Origin: Gemmatimonadales bacterium | GTDB taxonomy: Bacteria > Gemmatimonadota > Gemmatimonadetes > Gemmatimonadales > GWC2-71-9 | Length of the DNA stretch: 64,000 nucleotides | NCBI GenBank assembly: GCA_039794085.1 | Contig: JBDIWC010000016.1 | Location: 1-64,000, forward strand | Direction of reading: 5' to 3' | In this document: positions 19,863 to 30,300 of the stretch, in pieces | Layout: every line of letters begins with the position of its first letter | Numbering within the stretch: position 1 is the first letter of the stretch | The notes under the pieces: model-generated | What the model saw: only the letters and a program-made list of their open reading frames with translations | Database searches by the model: none | What the model was told of the DNA's origin: nothing | Made by a program: the position numbers and the translations under genes

Positions 19863-20911
19863 CCGGCCACCGGAGCGAGAAGTGAATAGTCCTGGCGCCG
19901 GCGGCGGGGGGTGAAGCCCGCGTCCGCGATGGCCCGTTCCATTTCCTCGATGGTGGCACGGTGCGTGGTGCCGGCGGCGGACACGACGTTCTCCTCCATC
20001 ATGAGACTTCCGAAGTCGTTGGCCCCGAACCGGAGGGCCACCTGTCCCACCTTGAGTCCCATCGTGACCCAGCTCGACTGGAGGTTCGGAATATTGTCGC
20101 AGATGATTCGCCCCAGGGCGAGAGTCCGCAAGTAGGTGACGGCATCGGTCCGCGGCAGATGCGCCAGTTCGGTCCCCTCGGGTTGCAGGGGCCAGCAGAT
20201 GAAGGCGGTGAACCCGCCGGTCCGCTCCTGCACCTCGCGAATCCGCAGAAGATGTTCCACCCGATCGGCGTTGCTTTCCCCCATCCCGTACATCATGGTC
20301 ACCGAGGTCTTCATCCCCTGCCGGTGCGCCTCCTCCTGCACGCCGAGCCACTCCTCGGTCATCGCCTTCTTCCCGGCCACCCGTCGGCGCACCGCATCGA
20401 CCAGGATCTCCCCCCCCCCGCCGGGGATGCTGTCCAGACCCGCCGCGCGGAGATCGGCGATCACCTCGGCCACGGGCCGCCGGAACCGTTCCGCGAAGAA
20501 GACCACCTCGGAGGGGGAGAACCCGTGCACATGAATCGGGTGGTGTTCCTTGATGTACCGCAGGAGATCGAGATACCACTCGAAGGGAATGTATGGGTTG
20601 TGTCCCCCCTGGAGAAGGATCTGCTGCCCTCCGAGGGCTCGGCACTCCTCGATCTTCTCCCCGATCTGCTCGAACCCGAGGACATACCCTTCCTCGTGGC
20701 GGGGCCGCCGGTAGAAGGCACAGAAGGAACAGTCCGCCACGCACACATTGGTATAGTTGATGTTCCGGTCGACGATGTAGCTCACCACCGGCTCGGGGTG
20801 CCGGGCCCACCGAGCCTGGTCGGCGAGATGCCCGAGTTCGAGCAGGCTCGCACGCTCGTACAGGTCGAGGAAGTCCCGGAACGCGCCGCTGGTCCGGTCA
20901 ACGGGTATCAT
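19859..20911 (-). CDS. mqnC: Cyclic dehypoxanthine futalosine synthase (radical SAM)
   Basis: DRNINYTNVCVADCSFC, QGGHNP, GANDFGSLMMEENVV. Confidence 0.9.
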   Translation of the reverse strand: MIPVDRTSGAFRDFLDLYERASLLELGHLADQARWARHPEPVVSYIVDRNINYTNVCVADCSFCAFYRRPRHEEGYVLGFEQIGEKIEECRALGGQQILLQGGHNPYIPFEWYLDLLRYIKEHHPIHVHGFSPSEVVFFAERFRRPVAEVIADLRAAGLDSIPGGGGEILVDAVRRRVAGKKAMTEEWLGVQEEAHRQGMKTSVTMMYGMGESNADRVEHLLRIREVQERTGGFTAFICWPLQPEGTELAHLPRTDAVTYLRTLALGRIICDNIPNLQSSWVTMGLKVGQVALRFGANDFGSLMMEENVVSAAGTTHRATIEEMERAIADAGFTPRRRRQDYSLLAPVAG

Positions 20912-20913
20912 GG

Positions 20914-21735
20914 TCAGGCCGCGCTGATGAAGGACAGCGATCCATCCGGCACCACCCCGTCCTGGGCGAGGCGGCGAAAGAAATCCGTCAATCCCGCCAG
21001 ATGGCGATAGGAAAGGGCATAATCGAGATCGGAAAGGTAGGCCCGGCAGGTGTCCGGGTCGATGCCGGTATTGTCGGAGGCCAGGGCGGCGAGCTCATCG
21101 CGATGGTCGAGGCCCCAGGCCCGGCTGGACAGGAGGGCCTGATGCACGGCCTGGACGCGGGCCACCGGGACCTCGCGACGGGCCGCCCAGACAGCAAAGA
21201 CGAACGGGAGCCCGGTCCACTCCTTCCAGGCCCGCCCGAGATCGACACAGACGGGATACTGCCGAGTGGCAGCGAGCATGAGGGCGGCGTCACCGATGAC
21301 CAGCACGGCCTCATGGGGAAGCGAGGACAGTGAGGCCAGATCCCCCGCCTCGGCCCGAGCAGGAATGCAGTGGGGATGAACGCCCCAGCGATGACGGCAG
21401 AGCAGCTCGAGAAGCAGCACCGACGTGCGGGAGGAGGCGGAGACGAGGACAGGGACCTCGTGGAGCTCCTCGACCGGGCGTCGGCTGAGAAGAAGCACGC
21501 TGCGCACCGGACCGTCACAACTGATGGCCAGATCGGGGAGCAGATGCCAGGAACCGGCATTCCGGGCATACTCCACGGCGGATACGACGCTGACGTCGAG
21601 TGCCCCCGCCGCGAGGAGGCCATTCAGCTCGGAGGCCGTGCCGGTGACGCGGGTGCCCGGGCAGGCCACGAGATTCCGATCGATCGCGGCGTAGATCGGG
21701 TAGCAGTTGATCCAGGGGATCCGGCCGAGTCTCAT
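20914..21735 (-). CDS. mqnA: Chorismate dehydratase (futalosine pathway)
   Basis: RLGRIPWINCYP, GPVRSV, SRTS, IGDAAL, TGLPFVFAVW. Confidence 0.9.
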   Translation of the reverse strand: MRLGRIPWINCYPIYAAIDRNLVACPGTRVTGTASELNGLLAAGALDVSVVSAVEYARNAGSWHLLPDLAISCDGPVRSVLLLSRRPVEELHEVPVLVSASSRTSVLLLELLCRHRWGVHPHCIPARAEAGDLASLSSLPHEAVLVIGDAALMLAATRQYPVCVDLGRAWKEWTGLPFVFAVWAARREVPVARVQAVHQALLSSRAWGLDHRDELAALASDNTGIDPDTCRAYLSDLDYALSYRHLAGLTDFFRRLAQDGVVPDGSLSFISAA

Positions 21736-22916
21736 GCGACCGCGGTGGCGGGAGATACCCCCGCCGTCCAGGCCGGCGGCAGATCGGTGAACTCCTCCCG
21801 CACGGACCGATAGAGGCTGTCCCGTTCCACCGGTCGACGCCCCGCCCCGGTGATGAGGTCCACCAAGGCGCCATAGTGGAGGTGCATTTCGGTCCGAGCG
21901 CCGGCCTCGTGGTAGACCCGCTCATACACCACGGTGCCCTCCACGTCATCGCAGCCAAAGCTCAGGGCCACCTGCGACATGAAGGGCGTCACCATGGGCC
22001 AGTGCGTCTTGACGTGGGGGATGTTGTCGAGCAACAGCCGACCCACGGCGATGTTCTTGAGGTCCTCGAACCCGGTGGTGGCGGAGCCCACCCGTCCGAG
22101 CTCGGCCCCCAGTTCGTTGTTGTCGGGGTGATAGGCGAGGGGAATGTAGGTGAGGAACCCGCCGGTTTCGTCCTGCAGCTCCCGCAGCATCAGCAGGTGC
22201 CCCACCCGGTCCTCCGCCGATTCGACATGGCCGTACAGCATGGTGCAATTGGTCGGAATGCCCAGGCCATGGGCCTCCCGGTGCACCCGGAGCCATTCCT
22301 CGCCCGTCAGTTTCCGCTCGGCGATCGTGGCCCGCACCGCGGTGCTGAAGACTTCCGCTCCTCCGCCGGGGAGGCTGGTCAACCCCGCCTCCTGTAGCGC
22401 GCGGAGGACATCGACACTGGTGCATCGCTCGATCCGGGCGAGGTGGGCAATTTCCACCGCCGTGAGCGCCTTGATGTGGACCTCGGGATGGCGACTGCGC
22501 AAACCGCGGATCATGTCGGTGTAATACGCGAGCCGGAGCTTCGGGTGCAGCCCGCCCACGATGTGGAACTCGCGGGTGGGCATCCCCCGCGCCTGTTCAG
22601 CCTCGGCAAAAACCTCGTCCAGGCTCCGGGTGTAGGCCCCCTCCTCCTTCGGCATCCGGGCGAACGAGCAGAACGTGCAGGTGTTCCGGAGGATGCAAAC
22701 GTTGGTGGGATTGATGTGCTGGTTGGCCGAAAAGAAAACCCGGTCCCCGTTGCGGGCCCGGTTGGCCGCGTCCGCCAGTTCGCCCAGGCCGAGCAGGTCG
22801 GATGTGGCGTAGAGGGTGAGACCATCCGCGGCGGTGAGGCGTCGGCCTTTATCGATCGCATCAGCCAGGGTTCGAAGGGAGGGGTCGGTGATCCGAGCGA
22901 TGTTGATCTCCACCAT
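21732..22916 (-). CDS. mqnE: Aminofutalosine synthase (radical SAM)
   Basis: INPTNVC..TCTFC, HIVGGLHP, KALTAVEI, TMLYGHVE. Confidence 0.9.
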   Translation of the reverse strand: MVEINIARITDPSLRTLADAIDKGRRLTAADGLTLYATSDLLGLGELADAANRARNGDRVFFSANQHINPTNVCILRNTCTFCSFARMPKEEGAYTRSLDEVFAEAEQARGMPTREFHIVGGLHPKLRLAYYTDMIRGLRSRHPEVHIKALTAVEIAHLARIERCTSVDVLRALQEAGLTSLPGGGAEVFSTAVRATIAERKLTGEEWLRVHREAHGLGIPTNCTMLYGHVESAEDRVGHLLMLRELQDETGGFLTYIPLAYHPDNNELGAELGRVGSATTGFEDLKNIAVGRLLLDNIPHVKTHWPMVTPFMSQVALSFGCDDVEGTVVYERVYHEAGARTEMHLHYGALVDLITGAGRRPVERDSLYRSVREEFTDLPPAWTAGVSPATAVA

Positions 22917-23053
22917 CAGGCCTCTCTCCGGGTCCGGGCGTCACGGGGACAAGGAGACAATCTAGTCCGCTCGCGGGGGATCCGGCCAGTGGAACGTGCC
23001 GGGCGTCCCGGGAAACCGCATTCCTCCGAGGGGATCATGCCGGGACGTCGCCG

Positions 23054-24295
23054 TCATCCCCGCCATCCGCACACGGCCAGGGTGGCGTTGTGACCCCCGA
23101 AGCCGAAGGCGTTGGAGAGGGCCACGTCGACGTCCCGGGTGACCGCGCGGTTCGCCGCGCAGTCGAGGTCGCACGCGGGATCGGGGTTCACCTGATTGAT
23201 GGTGGGGGGGATCTGTCCGCGGGAGGCGGCGAGCAGGGCGATGATCGCTTCCATCGCGCCGGCGCCACCGAGGAGGTGTCCGGTCATCGATTTCGTCGAT
23301 CCGAAGATGAGCCGGTGGGCATGGTCCCCGAAGACCGCACGCACGGCGGTGGTTTCGGCGATGTCCCCGAGCGGAGTGGAGGTTCCGTGGGCATTGATGT
23401 AGCCCACCCGCTCCGGAGAGATGTGGCCTTGCTCCAGGCACATGCGCATGGCGCGTTGCGCTCCCTCCCCTTGCGGGGCCGGGGCACTGATGTGGAAGGC
23501 GTCCGCGCTCATTCCGTATCCGAGTACCTCACCCAGAATGACCGCCCCGCGCCGGGTGGCGTGCTCCAGGGACTCGAGCACCAGGGCGGATCCTCCCTCC
23601 CCGAGAACAAACCCGTCCCGGTCCCGGTCGAAGGGGCGGCTGGCACCGGCCGGATCGTCGTTCCGGGTCGACATCGCCTTCATGTTGTGGAAGGCCGCCA
23701 CCGTCAGCGGGGTCACACAGGCTTCCGCCCCCCCCGTGACCATGGCGTCCACCAGACCCTCCCGGATGAGCCGGTAGGATTCCCCGATGGCATGCGCGCT
23801 GGAGGCGCAGGCCGACACCGGTGCGTAGTTCGGTCCCTTGAACCCGAACCGGATCGACACGAGGCCCGCGGCCATGTTGGGGATGAACATCGGGACGAAG
23901 AAGGGCGAAACCCGGTCGGGGCCCTTCTCCAGGAAGGCGCGGCAGTTGTCCTCGTACGTCTTCATGCCTCCGATGCCGGTCCCGATGATGACGCCGATGC
24001 GATCGGCGTCGGCGTTCTCCGCGGACAAGCCCGCCTGGGTCACGGCCTGCTGCGACGCCGCGATGGCATACTGCGCGTACGGATCGTACCGGCGTGCCTC
24101 CTTGCGGTCGATGTACTCCAGCGGATCGAACCCCTTGACCTCGCAGGCAAACCGGACCCCGAACCGCGCGGGATCGAAGTTGGTGATCGGCGCCGCCCCG
24201 GACGTCCCGGCCAGCAAGGCGGACCAGGAGGATTCGACGTCATGACCGACTGGCGTGACGAGGCCCAGGCCGGTGACCACCACGCGGTGTGTCAA
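23054..24295 (-). CDS. fabF: 3-oxoacyl-ACP synthase II
   Basis: RVVVTGLG, SACASS, NAHGTST, KSMTGHLLG, NAFGFGGHN. Confidence 0.96.
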   Translation of the reverse strand: MTHRVVVTGLGLVTPVGHDVESSWSALLAGTSGAAPITNFDPARFGVRFACEVKGFDPLEYIDRKEARRYDPYAQYAIAASQQAVTQAGLSAENADADRIGVIIGTGIGGMKTYEDNCRAFLEKGPDRVSPFFVPMFIPNMAAGLVSIRFGFKGPNYAPVSACASSAHAIGESYRLIREGLVDAMVTGGAEACVTPLTVAAFHNMKAMSTRNDDPAGASRPFDRDRDGFVLGEGGSALVLESLEHATRRGAVILGEVLGYGMSADAFHISAPAPQGEGAQRAMRMCLEQGHISPERVGYINAHGTSTPLGDIAETTAVRAVFGDHAHRLIFGSTKSMTGHLLGGAGAMEAIIALLAASRGQIPPTINQVNPDPACDLDCAANRAVTRDVDVALSNAFGFGGHNATLAVCGWRG

Positions 24296-24296
24296 C

Positions 24297-24536
24297 TCAG
24301 GCTCCCAGCTTTTCGTGCAGGTACTTCAGCGCGTGCCCCACCGTGCGGAGCTTCTCGGCGTCCTCATCGGGGATGTCGATGTCGAACTCCTTCTCGAAGG
24401 CCATGACCAACTCGACCGTGTCGAGACTGTCGGCCCCGAGGTCCTCCATGAAGCTCGCTTCGTCGGTCAGCTTCTCCCGCTCGACCCCCAGCTCCTCCAC
24501 GATGATATCCTTGACCCGTTCGTCGACGTTGCTCAT
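24297..24536 (-). CDS. acpP: Acyl carrier protein
   Basis: [14 protein letters not shown] phosphopantetheine site. Confidence 0.98.
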   Translation of the reverse strand: MSNVDERVKDIIVEELGVEREKLTDEASFMEDLGADSLDTVELVMAFEKEFDIDIPDEDAEKLRTVGHALKYLHEKLGA

Positions 24537-24575
24537 GACTCCCTCTCTGGGATTGGTTGGATGTGCACTACTTCT

Positions 24576-25316
24576 TCAGGACACCATGCCCCCGTCGACC
24601 ACGAGCACCTGGCCCGTGATGTACGAGGCATGCTCGGAGGCCAGAAAGACCGTCATCGAGGCGATGTCCTCGGGACGCCCCAGGCGGCCGAGCGGGATAC
24701 GGTCTAATAACGCCGCCCGGGCCGCGTCCGGCAAGGCAGCGGTCATGTCGGTCTCGATGAACCCCGGGGCGATGCAATTGGCGAGGATGTTCCGGCTCGC
24801 GTATTCCTTGGCCACGCTCCGGGTGAATCCGATCAGGCCGGCCTTGCTTGCGGCGTAGTTGGCCTGTCCCGGATTGCCGGTGAGGCCCACCACGCTGGTG
24901 ATGTTGATGATGCGACCGGCCCGCCGCTTCATCATCCCTTTCACGACCAGGCGGGTGGTATGGAATGCGCCCCGGAGATTGGCGTTCATGACGTCGTCCC
25001 ACTCCTCCTCGGTCAGACGCAGCAGGAGGTTGTCGCGGGTCAGACCGGCGTTGTTGACCAGAATGGACACCGGGCCCAGCTCCCCCTCCACCCTCCGAAC
25101 GGCCGCCTCGATCTGGGAGGCCTCCCGCACATCACATCCCACTCCCAGGGTGCCCTCCCCGATCGCGGCGGCCACGCTCGCGGCCGTTCCGACCTCCCGG
25201 CCGGTGATGGCCACCCGGGCACCGGCCCGGTGCAGGGCCGAGGCGGTGGCGAGGCCGATGCCGCGAGTGCCCCCGGTGACGAACGCCACCTGGCCCGAGA
25301 GATCGATCGTCATCAT
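24576..25316 (-). CDS. fabG: 3-oxoacyl-ACP reductase
   Basis: TGGTRGIG, NNAG, YAASK, PGFIETDMT; ATG overlaps fabD stop. Confidence 0.96.
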   Translation of the reverse strand: MMTIDLSGQVAFVTGGTRGIGLATASALHRAGARVAITGREVGTAASVAAAIGEGTLGVGCDVREASQIEAAVRRVEGELGPVSILVNNAGLTRDNLLLRLTEEEWDDVMNANLRGAFHTTRLVVKGMMKRRAGRIINITSVVGLTGNPGQANYAASKAGLIGFTRSVAKEYASRNILANCIAPGFIETDMTAALPDAARAALLDRIPLGRLGRPEDIASMTVFLASEHASYITGQVLVVDGGMVS

Positions 25317-26242
25317 GCCAGAAACGCCTCCACGTCCGCGACGGTTCCGAGGGAGGTCACCGAGCGCTCTCCTAGGATGCGCTTGACGAGACCGGCGAGG
25401 ACCGTGCCCGGCCCGAGCTCCACGAACCGGGCGCCGGGCCCGGCCAGCTCCGCCATGCGCTCGACACACTGGACCCAGCGCACCGGGGCCGTGAGCTGCT
25501 CGGCCAGGAGGGCGGTGGCGCGTGCCGCATCCCGCACCGGTTCGGCGGTGGCGTTGGCCACGACAGGGAAACGGGGATCGTCCATTTTCTGATCCGCCAG
25601 CGCCACGCGAAGCCCGGGCACCGCGGCGGCCATGAGGGGGGAGTGGAAGGCCCCGCTCACCTTGAGCGGCAGGACCCGACGGGCCCCCGCCCGTTTGCAA
25701 CCCTCTCCCGCGCGTTCCACCGCCTCGGGATTGCCGGAGATCACGGTCTGGTCCGGCGCATTGAGGTTGGCGGCGACGACCACGGACCCGTCCCGGCTTT
25801 CCGCGGAACACACCTCTTCCACGGCGGAGCTGGCAAGCCCGAGAACGGCCGCCATGGTTCCGGGCCGCTCGGTGCCGGCCTGGTGCATGAGCTCCCCCCG
25901 GCGGCGGACCAGGCGCGCGGCCTCGGTGGCCGAGAGGGAACCGGCGGCGACGTAGGCGCTGTACTCGCCGAGACTGTGCCCCGCGGCCGCGACCACCGAA
26001 CCAAGCCGATCGGCCACCACGGCCAGGACGGCCACCGAGTGGGCCAGGATGGCGGGTTGGGCATGGCGGGTCTGGAGCAGATCGGATTCGGGGCCATCCC
26101 ACATGACACGCGACAAGGGTTCCTCCAGCGCGTCATCGATGGCGGCGAACGTGTCCCGGGCCACCGGGAAATGCTCCGCCAAGTCCTTCCCCATGCCCAC
26201 CCTCTGCGCCCCCTGGCCGGGGAACAGCAGCACCGTTACCAC
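25313..26242 (-). CDS. fabD: Malonyl-CoA:ACP transacylase
   Basis: FPGQG, GHSLGEY, VSGAFHS; start GTG 26242 (26233 possible). Confidence 0.95.
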   Translation of the reverse strand: MVTVLLFPGQGAQRVGMGKDLAEHFPVARDTFAAIDDALEEPLSRVMWDGPESDLLQTRHAQPAILAHSVAVLAVVADRLGSVVAAAGHSLGEYSAYVAAGSLSATEAARLVRRRGELMHQAGTERPGTMAAVLGLASSAVEEVCSAESRDGSVVVAANLNAPDQTVISGNPEAVERAGEGCKRAGARRVLPLKVSGAFHSPLMAAAVPGLRVALADQKMDDPRFPVVANATAEPVRDAARATALLAEQLTAPVRWVQCVERMAELAGPGARFVELGPGTVLAGLVKRILGERSVTSLGTVADVEAFLA

Positions 26243-27228
26243 CGGATCACCGCGGCTCCCCAGGTGAACCCGGCCCCGAAGGACACGACGAGGATCAGAG
26301 AGTCCCGGCGCAGACGTCCCTCGCACTGGGCCTGGTGGAGGGCCAGGGGGATGGAGGCGGTGGAGGTGTTGCCGTACCGATCCACGTTCACCATGACCTT
26401 GTCCATCGGGATGCCGGCATGGCGCGCGGTGGCCTCCATGATCCGAACGTTGGCCTGATGGGGGACGAGCAGCTCGATGTCGTCCACGCCCACTCCGGCC
26501 CGGGCCAGGGCGTCCTCACACGCGGTGGCCATCGCGAGCACGGCGGCCTTGAACACCTCCCGCCCCTTCATCTTCATGAACTGGGATCGTGCGTCCACGA
26601 CCTGGTGGCTGATGGGGTCGGCGCTCCCCCCCCCCGGAATGCAGAGCAGGTCGAGAAGGGTTCCGTCACCTCCGAGCACGCAACTGACCACGCCCCGTGG
26701 TCCGCCGTCGGCCGGCCGGACCAGGGTTGCGCCGGCGCCATCTCCGAAGAGAATGGCCGTGGACCGGTCCTCCATGTCGGTGATGGTGCTCAGCTTCTCA
26801 CCCCCGATGACCAGGATGTTCCGGGCCCGGCCCGCCGCGATGAACCCTTCGGCGATCGCGAGGGAATAGATCCACCCCGGGCACGCCGCGGCCACGTCGA
26901 AAGGAATGGCCTGACGGGCGCCCAGCATCGCCTGGATCTCGCAGGCGGTGGAGGGGAGACGGTGGTCCGGAGTCACCGTCCCCAGAATGATGGCATCCAC
27001 CTCGGACGCGTCCACACCCGCCGCGTCCAGAGCTTCCCGGGACGCATCGGTGCAGAGCGAGGCCAGGGAGGTCTCGGGGCCGGCCCACCGGCGCTCCCGG
27101 ATCCCGGTCCGGTCCACGATCCACTGATCGTTGGTGTCGAGCCTGGCTTCGAAATCGCGGTTGGTGACGACCCGGTCCGGCACGGCGATGCCGATCCCGT
27201 CGATCCGGCAGATCGGTGTGGCGCTCAT
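26236..27228 (-). CDS. fabH: 3-oxoacyl-ACP synthase III
   Basis: TGIRERR, AAC, HQANVRI, GNTSTAS, GAGFTWG. Confidence 0.96.
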   Translation of the reverse strand: MSATPICRIDGIGIAVPDRVVTNRDFEARLDTNDQWIVDRTGIRERRWAGPETSLASLCTDASREALDAAGVDASEVDAIILGTVTPDHRLPSTACEIQAMLGARQAIPFDVAAACPGWIYSLAIAEGFIAAGRARNILVIGGEKLSTITDMEDRSTAILFGDGAGATLVRPADGGPRGVVSCVLGGDGTLLDLLCIPGGGSADPISHQVVDARSQFMKMKGREVFKAAVLAMATACEDALARAGVGVDDIELLVPHQANVRIMEATARHAGIPMDKVMVNVDRYGNTSTASIPLALHQAQCEGRLRRDSLILVVSFGAGFTWGAAVIRW

Positions 27229-28238
27229 GGGGAGGGCTCCGGGGCCTCGTGAAGGCTGAACTCGGCTTTGATATGGGCGTCGAGGTCGGACTCGACTGAC
27301 TGCACCGCGACGCGGATCGCATGCTTGATGGCGTTGGCCGGGGAGGATCCGTGACACACGATGGAGACTCCGCGGATCCCGAGGAGGGGTGCCCCGCCAT
27401 ATTGGGAATAGTCGAGCATGCCCAGTGCTTCGCGGACATCCTCGCGTTGGAGCAATCCCGGAACCCGTCCCAGAAGGCGGTTGATCATGTGAATGACGGA
27501 TTCGTAGAACTTGAGCACCGCGTTTCCGACGTGGCCGTCACAGATCACCACATCGACCGGACCGTGCCGCGGATGGCCCGGCAGGATGTCGCGACCTTCG
27601 ATGTTGCCCAGATACCGGATCCGGGGCGCGGACCGGAGAAGCCGGTGAGCCTGCTTCACCACGCTCCCTCCCTTTTCGTCCTCCTCGCCGACATTGAGAA
27701 GACCGACGCCGGGATTGTCCCGCCGCAACACATCACGCATGTAGGCGCTGCCCAGGTAGGAAAAGTTGACCAGCTCCCGCGCGGAACAGTCGACGTTGGC
27801 GCCGGCATCCAGCAGGAGCACGGGGCGGTCCGCGGTGGGAAGGAGAGCGCCCACCGAGGCACGATCGACGCCGTCGTGGAGCCCCAGCAACATCGTGGAC
27901 CCCGCGAGGAGTGCCCCGGTGTTGCCGGCGGACACGAAGGCGTCCGAGCGACCCTCGGCCTGCATCTGGAGACCCACCGCGAGGCTCGACTTCGGCTTGC
28001 GACGCATCGCGGTCAGCGGCTTCTCGCCCATGCCGATGACGTCGGGGGCTTCATGAACTTCGATGCGGGAACGATCGACAGCGGGGTGGCGCGACAACTC
28101 CGCCTCCAGGACGTCCGTCGGCCCGACGAGTTGTACGAGAAAACCCGGTGGCAGGTCCCGGAGGGCGCGGAGAGCGCCCTCGACCTCCACCCCGGGTGCA
28201 CTGTCTCCGCCCATCGCGTCGAGCGCGACGCGGATCAC
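27225..28238 (-). CDS. plsX: Phosphate acyltransferase
   Basis: IRVALDAMGGD, SAGNTGA, LDAGAN, GGAPLLG, HGSS. Confidence 0.95.
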   Translation of the reverse strand: MIRVALDAMGGDSAPGVEVEGALRALRDLPPGFLVQLVGPTDVLEAELSRHPAVDRSRIEVHEAPDVIGMGEKPLTAMRRKPKSSLAVGLQMQAEGRSDAFVSAGNTGALLAGSTMLLGLHDGVDRASVGALLPTADRPVLLLDAGANVDCSARELVNFSYLGSAYMRDVLRRDNPGVGLLNVGEEDEKGGSVVKQAHRLLRSAPRIRYLGNIEGRDILPGHPRHGPVDVVICDGHVGNAVLKFYESVIHMINRLLGRVPGLLQREDVREALGMLDYSQYGGAPLLGIRGVSIVCHGSSPANAIKHAIRVAVQSVESDLDAHIKAEFSLHEAPEPSP

Positions 28239-28240
28239 GG

Positions 28241-28423
28241 TCAGCTGTCCTCGACCTCGAGCCGCTTGACCCCGCCGTAATACCCGCACGAGGGGCATAC
28301 GCGGTGGCTCCGCTTGGGGGAACCGCAGCGGGCGCACCCCTGAGGGGCGACCGAGGCGGCGTGATGATGCCCGCGGCGAAGTCGTTTCCGGGACTTCGAG
28401 GTTCTGCGCTTGGGAACCGCCAT
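28241..28423 (-). CDS. rpmF: 50S ribosomal protein L32 (zinc-ribbon form)
   Basis: MAVPKRRTSK, CxxC..HRVCPSCGYY. Confidence 0.97.
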   Translation of the reverse strand: MAVPKRRTSKSRKRLRRGHHHAASVAPQGCARCGSPKRSHRVCPSCGYYGGVKRLEVEDS

Positions 28424-28425
28424 AG

Positions 28426-28902
28426 CTACCTCACTTCAGGGTCATCCGGGGCTCCACAGCGGCACGCCCCGTCGTTCAGATCCATACCGCACCGGGCACA
28501 CAGACCGGCGCACGACTCCCGGCACAGCGGGAAAGGCGGCACCAGAAGCGCCAGTTCCTCCCGTACCGCCACCCCGAGATCGAGCGCGGTCATTGCCGGG
28601 TCCACCGGGTACACGGCCGGATCGGACTCCAGGTCGGGGTCGGAACTGAAAACGACGCGGATTTCCCCGTCGATCCCGGTCCGGACCTCTTCCAGACACC
28701 TCCGGCAGATTCCGGTCACCACCCCGCTGAGGGTGGCCTCCCAGATGTGATTTCCATGGGCCGCCCGGGCCACCACTCCCTGAACCGTGAGCGGGCCATC
28801 CAGAGGGACATCCAGGCCTTCAAACGCCTCATGATCGGGCGCCAGAACGAAATCAGTCCGAACCGGCCCCCGGAGGAGGTCTCGAATGTCAATCCGGAGC
28901 AT
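28426..28902 (-). CDS. yceD: YceD/DUF177 protein
   Basis: CRRCL, LCRESCAGLCARCG..CRC; upstream of rpmF. Confidence 0.9.
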   Translation of the reverse strand: MLRIDIRDLLRGPVRTDFVLAPDHEAFEGLDVPLDGPLTVQGVVARAAHGNHIWEATLSGVVTGICRRCLEEVRTGIDGEIRVVFSSDPDLESDPAVYPVDPAMTALDLGVAVREELALLVPPFPLCRESCAGLCARCGMDLNDGACRCGAPDDPEVR

Positions 28903-28910
28903 AGCCTCTA

Positions 28911-28939
28911 AACATACGCAGCCACACGCCTTATGGCAA
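28911..28939 (-). promoter_or_regulatory. Sigma70-like promoter of yceD-rpmF-plsX-fab operon
   Basis: TTGCCA-17bp-TATGTT, 8 nt before the yceD ATG. Confidence 0.55.
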
Positions 28940-28952
28940 CTGAACCAGGGGA

Positions 28953-29384
28953 TCAGCCCGCCAATCGGGCCAGTTCCCCTTCCGGGAAGAAAAAGCCGAT
29001 TTCCCGTCTGGCGTTCTCATCACTGTCCGACCCATGCACGGCATTCCGCCCCTTGGATTCAGCGTACAGCTTCCGGATGGTGCCCTCGGCGGCCTCGGCC
29101 GGATCGGTGGCCCCGATGGTGGCGCGGAAGGCCGAGACGGCATCCATGGCTTCCAGGGCCATCGGAAGGCAGGGGCCGCTGGTCATGAATTCCACCAGTT
29201 CTTCGAAGAAGGGGCGGCCCCGGTGTACCTCATAGAACGCCTCCGCCTGGGCCCGGTCCAGTCGGACCAGGCGGACCGCCCGGATCCGGAAACCCGCGCG
29301 CTCAATATGAGCCAGGATCAGCCCCGTTTTTCCGGAAGCGACGCCGTCCGGCTTGACGATTCCCAGAGTATCATGACCAGCCAT
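28953..29384 (-). CDS. ndk: Nucleoside diphosphate kinase
   Basis: [20 protein letters not shown]. Confidence 0.97.
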   Translation of the reverse strand: MAGHDTLGIVKPDGVASGKTGLILAHIERAGFRIRAVRLVRLDRAQAEAFYEVHRGRPFFEELVEFMTSGPCLPMALEAMDAVSAFRATIGATDPAEAAEGTIRKLYAESKGRNAVHGSDSDENARREIGFFFPEGELARLAG

Positions 29385-29427
29385 GTCCGTCGGCTCCCGC
29401 AAAGAATGGGTGAACGAAATCAAAAGG

Positions 29428-30300
29428 TCAGAGACCAAGGCGCTCGCGAACCATCCGGACCACGTCGACCGGGCGCTCCATGACGGAGATGCCGGCCTCC
29501 CGAAACGCGGTCAGCTTCTCCTCCGCCGTCCCCGACGATCCCGAGATGATGGCTCCGGCGTGACCCATCCGTCGCCCCTTCGGGGCGGTTTGTCCCGCGA
29601 TGAACCCGATCACCGGTTTGGAGGTGTTTTCGCGGACCCAGGCCGCGGCCTGCTGCTCGTCGGTGCCACCGATCTCGCCCATCATGACGATGGCATCCGT
29701 GCCCGGGTCGGTCGCGAAGGCCTGGAGCACATCGATGAAATTGGTGCCGATGATCGGATCCCCCCCGATCCCGACGCACGTACTTTGACCGAGCCCCTGG
29801 CGCGTCAGGTGATTCACCACTTCATAGGTCAGCGTGCCGCTCCGCGAGACCAGCCCGATGCGGCCGGGGGCGCAGATGTTCCCCGGGATGATTCCGACCT
29901 TGGCCACGCCCGGAGTGATGAGTCCCGGACAATTGGGTCCGATCAGGCGAACGCCCCTCTCGCGGACATAGGGCATCACCCGCGTCATGTCCATGACCGG
30001 GACACCCTCGGTGATGCACACGATGAGACTCACGCCGGCATCGGCGGCCTCGTAGATGGCTCCGGCGGCCAGGGCCGCGGGAACATAAATGACCGACGTG
30101 TTGGCCCCGGTGTGCGCCACCGCATCGGCCACGGTGTTGAACACGGGGACCGTCTCGAACTGTTGCCCTCCCTTCCCCGGTGTGACTCCCGCCACGACGG
30201 GTGTTCCATACTCCAGCATCTGCCGGGCGTGGAAGGACCCTTCGCGGCCGGTGATGCCCTGGATGACGAGCCGGGTGGATTCGGTGACGAAGATGCTCAT
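29428..30300 (-). CDS. sucD: Succinyl-CoA synthetase alpha subunit
   Basis: [26 protein letters not shown]. Confidence 0.97.
   Translation of the reverse strand: MSIFVTESTRLVIQGITGREGSFHARQMLEYGTPVVAGVTPGKGGQQFETVPVFNTVADAVAHTGANTSVIYVPAALAAGAIYEAADAGVSLIVCITEGVPVMDMTRVMPYVRERGVRLIGPNCPGLITPGVAKVGIIPGNICAPGRIGLVSRSGTLTYEVVNHLTRQGLGQSTCVGIGGDPIIGTNFIDVLQAFATDPGTDAIVMMGEIGGTDEQQAAAWVRENTSKPVIGFIAGQTAPKGRRMGHAGAIISGSSGTAEEKLTAFREAGISVMERPVDVVRMVRERLGL

Noticed and set aside
19386..20810. Apparent long fusions from the ORF track (ispF 474 aa, fabG 508 aa, kdsA 425 aa, nuoL 787 aa, nuoC 424 aa)
   Set aside because: Extensions overlap upstream genes in other frames; real starts fall at ATGA/GTGA overlaps
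23004..23047. Hairpin between fabF and mqnE as a riboswitch or terminator
   Set aside because: Only 8-bp GC arms, no U-tract and no aptamer motif that I recognise
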